A stretch of 53,335 nt of DNA from positions 1 through 53,335 of the forward strand of contig QPGO01000333.1 in assembly GCA_008632985.1 (NCBI GenBank), read 5' to 3'. This document shows, in pieces, positions 11,785-23,458 of this stretch. The notes beneath the pieces are model-generated. The model searched no databases, was not told the origin of the DNA, and saw nothing but the letters and a program-made list of their open reading frames with translations. Origin of the DNA: Psammoneis japonica. Its lineage: Eukaryota. The translations under genes were made by a program, and so were the position numbers. Positions within the stretch are counted from its first letter, which is position 1. The number at the start of each line of letters is the position of its first letter.

Positions 11785-14642
11785 ACGGGTATGACCTATG
11801 ACGTCATCATAAGAGCCTGCGTGACGTGGGTATGATCATACCTATGATACTGTAGTGTTTGGACAGAGTCTGACTCTCGCACTTGCCCGTGCAATAAAGG
11901 TGTTCCACGAAAAGTTAGTTCTATTTTGAAATACCAGATACCATGAACAATACATACCTATTACATTCTCGCAAGACATCGGTTTAAAGAGTATGAGACC
12001 GATAATGCTCATATCTTGTGTATTTTGTGGCTCTAGCGGGGGTCAAAGTCTAGCTAATTCTTCCAAAAAATTCGAGTCGAGTGGGTCATGCGGGATTCAA
12101 GACACGTGACTCACCGTACGTGAAGGGCAAATTGACCCTTTCTCGACACCGAGATTAGATGATAACATCAACACAAGACCTATTTCATGGCTATATTCTA
12201 TTCTCTAATCCATGGCTGACCTCGTGACAACTATATTTGACCTCTTTTATGCTATAGACAGGCCAAGTGATCCACAAAAACTCATTGCAAGCAACGCACT
12301 TGTGTTTTCACATTTGACACTTGTGTCTTTGTGATCAATCTAGAGTGGATGCAAGCCAGAGAGAAGCTCTGTTAACTAACATTTATCATCCTATAGAATA
12401 ACATCGTCAGAACAATTTTGTCAACGTTGTTTGACTCTTTTTTTCTTTGCCGCACGCCAACTTCATTCTGCGTTTTCACTCCCATCCGCCCGACTCTCTC
12501 CCACTCAAGAATGCTTGGCTGAATGCACTGCAGTTCCTTCATCAAAGTCTCACAAATGTTCGTCTGTTCAATGCTGTTGATCAAATGGGACAGATGATGT
12601 GACGACGACGTTGGATTCGTTCATGTGCTCATGCCAGGAAAGACAACAAGAGTTGGCTGCGGCGGCAAGAAAGTTGAGTGAGACAACAAGTGGTGAGACT
12701 TGGACACATTGATGACACCATTTTGATTTTAAATTTACTTGCATTTTTTTTAACTCGGACTTTAACACATCGGGTTCCGAAAATCCGGCAAATGGCGAGT
12801 TGATGCGTCGTCTGCATGCAACATGGCGTCACGAACGAGTGCAACGGCATGCTTCAATGTCACTCGCCAAAATGAATGTCTCCGAATGGACAATTACAAC
12901 CGTGTGTCAATGACGGTCTAACAGAGCTTCTGTTGCAATGGTCCAAAAAACAACGAATGTTTAGACACCTCATCTGCTGCATCAATGTCATCGTCGGCTC
13001 CGGCGGGTTTTTGACAATTTCTCCATCCGTGTTGTCACACAGTGGTTCAAAGCGGCATCGGCTTCGTAGAAACAATTTTTTTGCACCAGCGTAGAACTGT
13101 GCGCATGTGTCTGGCACACAAAAATCATGCCACATCAACCATTTTCTCCAATCTTCGGCAATGGCGGCGTTCGTCGGTTCGCAGCCATTGCGCTGCTGAA
13201 ACCATGTCAATTGTGATCAAACCTGTGGCACGTCACTCGTCACCCTCTTCTCAATTCATGTGTTCCTTTGAAGCTGCACATTCTTTAGCCACAATCCAGA
13301 CAATCAACAACATCAACACAAGGCAAAAATCCAAAGCAGATGCGAGTTGCTTGTTGGCATCAACCTCACATTTTTGTCACAAACGCCCAGCTGAACAGCA
13401 TTTTGCTGCTCTTTCACTTGATTTTCCAGGGTTTCATTGTTGACAAATGCCATGCTCCAATTGTCCAAGGTGCGGTTTGCCGAGGCCATGAATGCACAAG
13501 CCGTGTGGAGAAATCTTTGGATTGAACAGATGTTGTGTCGACACCCCGATCCGTTTTTAAACATTGCCAAAGGAGTGCAGCGAGTTTCTGAGTTTCTGTC
13601 CATTCTGTTGGTGACTCGAGTGAGCAAGCTGTGCTCGATGCCACCTTGGTCTCCACTGAAAGGTGCGACATCAAAACATCCGACTCCGCTTGTTTGTGTC
13701 GTAGACTCAGATGTCTTCCACAGACAGCTTTCGTTTGTGGCAACAGATGATTCCACAATGTAAAATAAAGCACAAGAATGCCCCATTGACATCATGCTGG
13801 CTTTGTCTTTTAGAGATGGGAAGGAGATCAATGGCAGCTCAGCAGCAAAGACATTGGATCGCGCTCAGTTTCAGAGCTGAGATCTGGGCTAAACCCATTT
13901 TGCAAAGAGCTGCTCAAGTCATGAGACAGCGCCACAACTTGTGGGCAATTGACTGACACCAGAAGCGTTCAAAAGCAGTGTGGAAAGGATGAGACGATCA
14001 TCGGCCAATCCAGTTTGAGCTTACAAAGGATTGTTTTACGATCAAGTGTTCGCTGTTTGACGTCACATGCTGGAAAATTGTGTGCATTCTGCACAGAAAT
14101 CGGAGCACCAATTTGAAGCTGCTGCTTTGTGGTCAAAATGAGCTTGCCATTTGGAGCACATTTGAGGAGCGGTCACTCAAACAAGCAAAGGGAAGGGCCA
14201 TGGAAGGTGCTCCAAATGCCACAGCAGTTTTGATGTTGGAATGACATCTTGAAACATGCAGCTCTGTGTCATTAAATGGGATTCCGTGAAACAGGCTTTC
14301 TTGCACGCAAGCAAGGAATTTTAAAAATTTTCGAGGTCGATCGAACTCCAGAACATTTGTTGAGATTTTAGTCGCACAAGTCGAAGCTGATGCCACTTGC
14401 ACGCAGAACTGAACCACTGTGGTCACCACCCCTGTGCTGGGGGAGAATGTGGTGATGTCATGGTCACGCGGCAGATTTGCACCTCATTCATTGCACTTTA
14501 ATGTAAATGTCCTCATGCTCATTTGTGCATTTGCACACAAATGCCAACAGCAGCAGGAAAAATCCTGAACCATGTTCTCCCCTGAAACTCTGACCTCCAA
14601 ACTCCGAGGGTGCGGAAACGCACTTTTTTGGAAGACTGCGCA

Positions 14643-14853
14643 CTGGGGGAAGTCTCCAGCCAGCTGCTGGCTGAAAAACGTCTGCTGGTCAGTGCGTTTG
14701 GGGGTTTTGCAAGTGCAATTTTTACGCACGCAAAAAGAAGACAAGTCTGTCCAGCGTTCACCAAAACCCCCTGACGCACAGATTGACAGACTCTTTCAGT
14801 GCAATTTCTGCACAAAATTCTTCAGCCAGCAGCTGGCTGGAGACTTCCCCCAG
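14643..14853. mobile_element. MITE-like element inserted in the left TIR
   Basis: 33-bp perfect inverted repeat CTGGGGGAAGTCTCCAGCCAGCTGCTGGCTGAA; CA on both flanks (possibly a mutated TA TSD); absent from the right TIR. Confidence 0.8.
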
Positions 14854-15578
14854 CACACACCAAAACATCACGCGTTTTGACAACTCGACCATGACGACCT
14901 CCCACTCTCCATCCCCCACAACACCGCACATGTCCCCGCCTGACCGCTCTGATGTGGTGGTCCCTCCTGCATTGGCCGGCACCGTTGCACCCGCTGTCGT
15001 CACCCAAACACAGCCGATTTGCCATCCGGAAGGTTTGGGCTTTTGTTTGCCAGATCCAGCACCTGAAACTCAACCTCGCATGCAGTTGAGGAGGCCATGT
15101 GTGACTTTGACACAAGGCTTGACGATTCTGATTAAAAGCGGTGTCCATCAAGAAAGGAACAAGAAAGCATTGCATCAAGTCCAGAAGAAGCCATGAGCAA
15201 TGAAGAAATCCAAGAGGCAAATCAAGAAAAGATCAAAGCAATGTGGGGTGGCATGTTTAACAACATGTTCGGTGGAGCTGCTCTTGGGAAGAGGAAGCAA
15301 AGAGTGTGGCACATGTCATCGTGATCAGCATCTAACTGGTGGGCAGCAAAGCGAGCCGTGATGCAATGCCAATTGCTTTCAACCCAACACACCCATGAAG
15401 CTGCAAACCTTCAAGTGACACAAAAACATCCTAGCGTTTCTCACCCTCGAAACCGTGGATCGCAGGTTTTAGCCTGCAGGTGCCTTGTCCGCCCTTTCCA
15501 TGTGGCAAGAAAAGGAGAAAATGTGAATGTCTCGTCATGTCGGTGAAATTTCGGATGCTTTGGTTGTTTGGAATTCGG

Positions 15579-15925
15579 TGTGACAATGTTCACATTTGCA
15601 TGTTTTTACAACAACATCGGACCTCCACGATTCAAATCAAAGATCCAAGATTCGAACCCCGTGTGCGATGCTCAGTCTCGAATCCCGCAGAAGCCGAGTC
15701 ACGAATGCGATGTTTGTTCCCAGCTTTGTGCTTGTTTAACTTCGCATTTCCTTTAGATGGCAGCTGCATCTGCTCACAAAAACTGCTCACAATCTTTCTA
15801 ACGCACTGATTGTCACCTCTCAACTTTTGGCACAACAAAGTTGCTGATTGATTGTTGTGTCGCAATTGCAGCTTTCAATCACTGAAAGTGCAGACAAATC
15901 CTAGAATTCTAGCTGCTTTCCCCCA
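15579..15925 (+). repeat. Copia 5' LTR
   Basis: Direct repeat of 21787-22135; starts TGTGACAATG. Confidence 0.95.
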
Positions 15926-15999
15926 CGCTTCCTCTGCGCAATCTACAAGTCAAGTCAATCGATCTTAAGCTCTCGACCCTGCTTCACTCTGCTGCTGCC

Positions 16000-17506
16000 A
16001 TGGTCACGCAGACACGAACCGCGGCTGCTCTGGCTGCCTCTGTTGCAGCTCCTGCTGCAGCACCCGCTGCAGCTCCTGCCACTGCTGCTGCTCCGGCAAC
16101 AGCACCTGCTCCTGCAGCCGCTCCAGCTGCTTCTGTGCTTCCTCCAGTCGTCCCTCCTGGTGTTCGTCCAGGAGGAGGTGGCGGAGGAGGTGGAGGCGGA
16201 GGCGGAGGTGGAGTCCCACCAGGTGGAGTCCCGCCAGGTGGAACACCATTGGCACCTGTGCCACCACTGCCGATCTTCGCGTTGACCCCAGGTCAACACC
16301 GTCCCAACAACTTCATTGACTGCGACACATCGCAAGGCCTCAAGCTTTGGAACGCCGTCACTGCTCCGCTGCTGCACGAGTTTGACGGTGATTCAGAAGG
16401 CCTTGAACAGTTTTGTGAGACGCTCAGTCAACGAGCTGCTGAGGCAGGATGGAGGACAGGGGCAGGGAACACACTCGCCATTCCTGACGTGAATGGCACT
16501 CCCAGAGATCTCATCTCCGAGTGCGGACTGCTCACTCTTCAGGATGTAAGAACTCACGCGAACACCTTCACGAATCTGCCTGCGCGACAAGCACAGAACA
16601 ATGTGCAGATGGCCGAGGCTGTCTCTCAATCCCTTGCGGAAGAAGCAAGAGACAAGACACTGGCTGAGATTGATTCCCACACGATCGATGGAAATCAAAT
16701 TGGCGCACTCTTCTTCAAGCTGCTTGCGCAGAAGGCCATCGTTGACACACGCTCTGCCACCAACTGCTTCTGCGAGAACTTGTCAAGCCTGGATGCGCAC
16801 ATGGCGGCTGTCAACTCGGACATCGAGGAGTTCAACAAGTGTGCCAAGCTCAACGTTGACGGACTCCAAGCTAGAGGAGAGCAGTGCAACGACCTTGTCA
16901 TGAATCCACTCAAAGGACATGCCACAGCTGCTGACGAAGCATTCATCAAGTGCATCATGTCACACAAGGACAGGTGCGATGACGGTGAGGAATTCACGCC
17001 GACGCAAATCATGACATTGGCATTGAACAAACACACTGACCTCAAGCGCAAGAAGAAGTGGGGAGCACTGTCGCCGGCTGAAGAGCAAATCGTCGCACTT
17101 GCAGCCAAGGCAGACTCTGGCATTTTGTCAGAACCTTCAGCCATCCAAAGCATTGAAGGCCAAGGCTGGTTCAACCAAGGAAAGAAGCACACGGTCAAGG
17201 AAGACCAAGACTGCTCCACGTCAGAAACAGAAGGCGGACAAAGCCTGGAAGAAAGTCCTGCCTGAGGAGGACGCTCCTAAGAAGACAGTGAACGGTCATC
17301 AGCACTGTCACAAGTGCGTCAACAATCGCGACTGTCACTGGTGCCCATGTCACACTGCTTGGGTCATGCACTTGCCTGATGATCCGGGCAACCAAGGCTG
17401 TAGACTCCGCAAGCAACAGTCTGCCCCATCCACAGACACGTTGGACAAGAAAGTCTCCTTTGCAAGTGTCATCTCTGCCATCCCAAACGAAGTGGATCAA
17501 GAGTGG
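16000..17506 (+). pseudogene. Copia gag, frameshifted near 17100-17150
   Basis: Ala/Pro/Gly-rich N-terminus, FALTPGQ..FIDCDTSQG..EFDG gag core, zinc-binding CHWCPCHTAWVMH; no Tyr in the 421-aa ORF. Confidence 0.85.
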
Positions 17507-20500
17507 CTGCTCCACAGGTTCACTCTGACACTGCTGCTGTCTTTGCAGATGGCCACCACTGTGTCGGCACTCCTGACAGCGGTCGCTGGCATCATGAAAT
17601 GTGCAGCACCAATGTGGATCACACTGTCATTCATGATGCTGTCCCTTCCTTCACAGAAGTGTGAGCACCTGTCACATGCCGTGATGATGCCAGGTGAGTG
17701 GGTCATCTCACATGTCCTGGCTGAACTGGGCACAAGACGAATTAAGACTTGCCAGCGACGGCCAACGACGAGGCCCTGCGCACGGCATCACACGTCAACG
17801 AGGCCAGGTCACCGCTCCAGAGTGGCCACCAAGAAGGCTTGCCATGTCATTGCACGATGCAAGACAGTTGGAGCATGCAACTCAACCACTCCATGCCGTC
17901 CCGAGCGAACAGAGCCCACTTGCGATTCGGGTTCATTCGTGATCGGTGTTGACTCGCATTCTTCCTGCACCATGTCCAACAACGAGGCACACTTCATTGG
18001 TGCTCTTCGCAAATCCAACAAAGCAGTGCTCGGTGTCAAGGGTTGCTCACGTGCCAAGGGAGAAGGGACAGTGCAGTGGGCAATTAGGATGACATGGGAC
18101 AAGTGCACAGCATTGAAATTCGAGACGCACTCTGTGCACCCGACTTGCCTCATTGTCTGCTCTGCCCTCAGCAATGGAGCCAACAAGCCAATGACCACAT
18201 GCCAGAGCCTCACGGAACCGCATCTTGGACCAGGGACGACGAACTGTTGCTCATGTGGGATCAACGCAAGTGTCATCGCCTGATTCCATGGTCCGCCAAC
18301 TCCAATGTCGCCAAGATGCGCTCCGCACCCGGTTCCAACAAATGCCGGACCTTTGCAGCCGCTGTCAAAGAACAAACCGATGTCGAAACTGTCAAGCACA
18401 TGGCCCATCAAGCTCACATCACACCACCAGACAACGAGAGCATTGCGAATGATGACGAGGCTGCAATTGATGCAGACGTCTTCAGAAGTCCATCCGAGAC
18501 ACGTCCTTCCAAGATGCAAGATGCACGCAACACTGCTGATGAGGATGCTCCTGTCTCATTTGAGCCAACAGACGGAGCAAGTCGTTCAGACTCAGACAAG
18601 GAAAACCCAAGGGATTTCACGACACCGGAGGCACAGCAGGACTTGCCGGAACCCATCAACATCACACCAAATGATGACGCCCTTGCTGCCACTGATGACC
18701 AGGGTGAACTGTTGCATTGGCATTGTCACCTGGGCCACATGTCATTCAAAATGACAAAGCCATTGGCCGCCCCAGGCATTCCACCGAAACGCCTTACAAA
18801 GGCACACAATCCAAAATGTGCCGGCTGCCCACATGGTGCCATGACAAAATGACCATGGCGCTCCAAGTCCAAGCGGAGCCGACGAATCCACTTGGCAACT
18901 TCGCCTGGAGAAGCAGTGTCCGTCGACCAGCTCGAAAGTCCTGCTCCTGGACTGATCCCACAGCTCAAAGGGAGACCTGCAAAGCAAAGGTGTCGAGCAG
19001 CGACAATTTTTGTTGATCATTTCAGCGGATTGGGATGCATGCATTTGCAGAAGGGGCTTGCCTCAGCCGAGACGCTCCAAGCCAAGCACGCTTTCGAGGC
19101 ATTTGCAGGCCGGATGCACGCCCGCATTCGACACTGCCATGCCGACAATGGAAGATTTGCTGACAATGCTTTCACACAAGACGTCAAGAAGCAACAGCAA
19201 ACAATGTCTTGTTGTGGGGTTAACACCCACTTCCAAAACGGCATCGCGGAGAAAAGAACAAGGGACCTCCAAGAGCAATCTCGGAAGCAACTCCTGCATG
19301 CAAAAGTGAGATGGCCAACGGCCATTGAGTTGAACTCATGGCCAAGCACTCTCAGGAACTCAAATGAGATCAAGAATCACTTGTCGAATTACGAGGACGG
19401 CTCCTCTCTGCTGGAACGTTTCTCGTCCATCAAGGTCCAGCCTGGTCTCAAGCAACACCACACCTTCGGCTGTCCCGTCTGCGCCTTGCACAACCGGTTG
19501 CAGGGAGGGGGCAGAGCACCCAAGTGGGACCCAAGAGCGAGGTCAGGGATCAATCTGGGACCATCAACAAGACACACAGGTTCAGTTGCCTTGGTTTTGA
19601 ATTTGCAGACCGGACTTGCATCGCCACAATTTCATGTGCAATTCGACGATTTCTTTGAGACTGTTCATCCATCTGCTGGGAATCCTCCTACATTCTTACA
19701 ATGGCAAGGCATTGCAGGTTTCAGACAACTCAAGACAGGGAGCACTTTCAACATCTTTGGGAGATCAAATGACGCACCGGCCGAGGGATCAATCCCTGCC
19801 GCATCGGAACCATCTGAGCCAAACTCGGATGTCCCGTCTCAGCTGCTGCATCTTGCTGACACGTCCACCACTGATGACTCATTTGATGGTGCCCAACCAG
19901 ATGATGAGACACTGCTCACGCCTCTAGATGATCCTGACGTGCCATCTGAGCCACAGCGCACCATGGGTCAACCCAGTGCCAGCAGGTCCGGCCAACAACG
20001 ACGCCCGACCGAAAGGATGCACAAGAGCCAACCACAACGGGCTCAAGGCACAGTCTCCTGCAATGCAGAGGCAGAGGCACATTGTGGCACAATGCATGAG
20101 GATGATTGCAAACTGCAGGACGACATGGACTCACCTGTCTCTTTTCTGGCGAGCTCGGACCCCGACACCATGTGCTTTGACCAGGCCATGCGTGAACCTG
20201 ACAGAGACGAGTTTGTCAAAGCCTGTGTTAAAGAGGTCAATGATCACATTGAAAGGAAACATTGGATGCTTGTTCCAAGAGAGGACGCACCTGATGATGT
20301 TGATGTTCTCCCTTCGGCATGGTCTGTGAAGTGCAAAAGAGACATCAAGACTCAAGCCGTCTACAAATGGAAGTCCCGACTCAATGTGCATGGTGGAAAG
20401 CAAGAGCATGCTGTCAACTGCTTCCAGACCTGTTCTGCCGTGGTCTTTTGGTTCACCATCCGGCTCCTGCTGATCACAGCCATTCTCAAGAAGTGGCACA

Positions 20501-21743
20501 CATGCCAAGTCGACTTCGTTCTGGCGCGTCCGCATGCCGACATTGAGCATGACATGCACATGGAGTTGCCTGCTGGAATTGAAACAAAACACGGCAATGG
20601 CAAAACTCATGTTCTGAAGTTGCTCAAGAACTTGCATGGACAGAAGCAAGCAGGGAGAGCATGGCAAGAACACTTGCATGATGGATTGTTGAGGATTGGT
20701 TTCGTGAGTGCCTGCATTTTCGTGGCAATGTCATTTTCATTCATTGTGTTGATGACGGCATCTTTGCATCCCCTGACAAGTCTGCTGTTGACAAGGCGAC
20801 ACAAGACATCAGAGATGAGAATTTTGACATTGATGATCAAGGCACTCTGGATGACGGTGTCAATGTCGAGACGCCACCTGACGGCAGAATGAAACTCACC
20901 CAACCTCACCTCATCAATCAGACACTGGAGATGGCCAATGTTCCAAAGAGACTGCCAGACAAGTCTGCTCCTGCTCCTTCCTCCAAGATCCTCCACAGGC
21001 ATGTGAGTGAGCCTGCTTTCCAAGGGAGCTTTCATCACCGATCTGTCATCGGCAAGCTCAATTTTCTGGAGAAGAGCACTTGACCGGATGTCGCTCACGC
21101 GGTGCATCAAGTCGCATGCTTTTCCTCTGATCCCAAGGTTTCTCATGGTGAAGCCGCACCATGGCTCTGTGAGCACCTCAGGTCAACCAGAACTGAAGGT
21201 GTTGTGCTGCAGCCCTCAAAGAACAAGTCCCTTGAAGTTCACGCTGACGCGGACTTTGTGGGCAATTGGAACAAGCTGACAGCACCCGATGACGTCGGCA
21301 CTTCCAAATCTCGAACTGGGTTTGTCATCACCTGCGCAGGATGTCCGACAGTCTGGACGTCCAAGCTGCAGACTCAGATCGTGCTCAGCACTGCTGAAGC
21401 TGAATTTGTCGCTCTTTCGGAGAGTCTTTGAAGCGCCATCCCAATTGTGAACCTCATTCAAGAATTTATGAGTCACGGTCATAATGTCCCTTCCGAGACA
21501 CCAGTCGTGCACTGCAAGGCTTTTGAAGACAATTCTGGAGCACTGGAGATCGCGAGATTGCCTGAGATGCGTCCTCAGACAAGACACTTCAACCTCACTC
21601 TCCACCACTTTAAAGACCATGTTCGCAAGGGTCTCATGTCAATCCTGCCAATTGATGCGGCGGATCAGATTGCAGACATTTTCACCAAACCTCTGCCACA
21701 GAATCTCTTCGTCAAACACAGGAAATCGCTCCTTAAGTGGCAA
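17507..21743 (+). pseudogene. Copia pol (protease, integrase, RT, RNase H) with stops and frameshifts
   Basis: IGVDSHSS (PR); WHCHLGH..CAGC, SVDQLES, HADNGRF, QNGIAEK (IN); KWKSRLNVHGGKQ, QVDFV, KNLHGQKQAG (RT); HADADFVG, LSTAEAEF, FEDNSGA, DQIADIFTKPL (RH). Confidence 0.95.
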
Positions 21744-21786
21744 GACGTTTTCGAGTCATCATTCCACCCGACATTGTTGAAGGGAG

Positions 21787-22135
21787 TGTGACAATGTTCA
21801 CATTTGCATGTTTTTACAACAACATTGGACCTCCACGATTCAAATCAAAGATCCAAGATTCGAACCCCATGTGCGATGCTCAGTCTCAAATCCCGCGGAA
21901 GCCGAGTCACGAACGTGATGTTTGTTCCTGGCTTCGCGCTTGTTTAACTTCGCGTTTCCTTTAGATGGCAGCTGCATCTGCTCATAAAAACTGCTCACAA
22001 TCTTTCTAATGTGCTGGTTGTCACCTCTCAACTTTTGGCACAGTGAAGTCACTGATTGATTGTTGTGTTGCAATTGCAGCTTTCAATCACTGAAAGTGCA
22101 AAGACGAATCCTAGAATTCTGGCTGCTTTCCCACA
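21787..22135 (+). repeat. Copia 3' LTR
   Basis: Direct repeat of 15579-15925; ends CCCACA followed by the TSD. Confidence 0.95.
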
Positions 22136-22556
22136 TTCGGCATGCTGAGATCGGATTCTTGTGCTGCATGCTCCAAGGAGGTCCACCGGCAAGACTTTTG
22201 CAACTGCAGCTTTAAACGGCATGATCACAATGGGAAGATTCGAAGCACACTGACAATGAAGTGCTCCCCAACTGAATTTCAGCATGATTTTGGTCAGTGA
22301 CAAAATCATGCATGTTGGTCACCTGAACATCTTGATTTCACAGATCTTCTTCAACAAGTCTCATGTCAAGAGTGTGAGCGGCGTGGCAAAGCCCGGATGG
22401 CAAGCTCAGTCAGCGAGAGTGCAACAAGACGCAAGACAGCACTGCAGCCACAAGATCACTTCTCATCCTCTGGCCAAAAGGTCGGAGATCCCCGAGCCAC
22501 ACATGGAAAGCAGAAAAGCATGGATCTTTGGAGGGCTCTTCATTGGATGAACCAGA

Positions 22557-22880
22557 CAGAAACTTCTCATTGACTCCCTCAAAGGCAGCTTTTGGAGCTG
22601 CATCCATGGCAGCTCTGCCAGCTTCCTCCGCTGTGTGTCTGCCCTCACCCTGAGTGGCGCCTGACTTGAGTTTTTCTCGTACAATCTCGTGAGCCAGTGT
22701 CGCTTTTGCTTGACTGTCGAACGCTCCAATGCACCAGGATTTCCCTTCAAAGTGCAGTTGCGCTTGCTGTAAAACCATGAAATGCAGAGTTAGCGCCTTG
22801 AATGACATGAACGCATGGAGAAAGACTCGAAAGCAAAACTCACCCACTCTCCAGAAGGACGAACTGTCATGCCGCGCTGA
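22557..22880 (-). pseudogene. AP2/ERF DNA-binding domain gene fragment with a 77-bp intron (22767-22843)
   Basis: Splicing GTGAGT..GCTAAC..TTACAG gives RGMTVRPSGEW|QAQLHFEGKSWCIGAFDSQAKATLAHEIVREKL, a canonical AP2 domain with Y->H/C changes. Confidence 0.8.
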
Positions 22881-23458
22881 ATCGCTGCTGCCAATGCAGC
22901 TGATCAAGAGAGACCCACAAGATGGATGCGGCGGTGGCGTCATCGGAAAAGGTGCCCTCATTTTGGCTGGAAGCGGCAACACCCGCAGAAACATCATGTG
23001 CAACAGCAGTGTGTTGGTCACTCGAAATTAGAGGCATGCCGCTAGAAGGAAGCATGCCACGCACAACAGCAGAAACAGGAGAGGAAGGCGGTTTGGGGAG
23101 TGCGTGGCCAGCCAAGTTGCAAGGTGCAGGGGACAGAGAACAGGAGGTCGTCATGGTCGAGTCGTCAAAACGAGTGTTTTTTGTGCAAAGAAAAGAGCTG
23201 CCAAAAGCGCGTTTCCGCACCCTCGGAGTTTGGAGGTCAGCATTTTAGGGGAGCTGTGGAACAAGGATTTTTGCTTGTGGAGTGCACACATCCATGTGCA
23301 CATTAAGATTGAAACTCAACGGACGGCGAAGCCGTGCGTGCGCAACCACGAACACATGCACAGCTCCCCCAGCACAGGGGTGTGTGGTCACTGCTGCATG
23401 GGGATGGTCTGTGCACTCATCCGGAGCGTGCCGGCCATGCCAGTTTGAAGTCATTTAA

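Larger units (their letters stand above)
6735..11870. mobile_element. Non-autonomous TIR element (Harbinger-like 3-bp TSD) hosting the Crypton dimer
   Basis: Left GACCCTGTCCAAACACTG..TCATGCGTGTGATCACACC vs right reverse complement GACTCTGTCCAAACACTA..TCATAGGTATGATCATACC; TGA on both flanks (6732-6734, 11871-11873). Confidence 0.6.
15579..22135 (+). mobile_element. Full-length Ty1/copia LTR retrotransposon (diatom CoDi-like), inactivated
   Basis: TG..CA LTRs, 5-bp TSD TTCGG (15574-15578, 22136-22140), PPT GAAGGGAG before the 3' LTR, domain order gag-PR-IN-RT-RH. Confidence 0.97.
14427..23382. mobile_element. Non-autonomous Mutator-like (Pack-MULE-type) element with long imperfect TIRs
   Basis: Termini CACCCCTGTGCTGGGGGAG / CTCCCCCAGCACAGGGGTG; 9-bp TSD TGTGGTCAC at 14418-14426 and 23383-23391; further inverted matches 14577-14627 vs 23201-23253 and 14872-14925 vs 23120-23176; no transposase inside. 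Confidence 0.78.

Noticed and set aside
15579..22135. ADAR/APOBEC editing of retroelement RNA or cDNA as the cause
   Set aside because: DNA transposons and host-like genes are equally affected, both A->G and T->C occur on the same strand, and the two LTRs were changed independently after insertion
22150..22215. Walker A-like LHAPRRSTGKTF inside the Pack-MULE
   Set aside because: Imperfect motif in a short broken frame with no supporting Walker B
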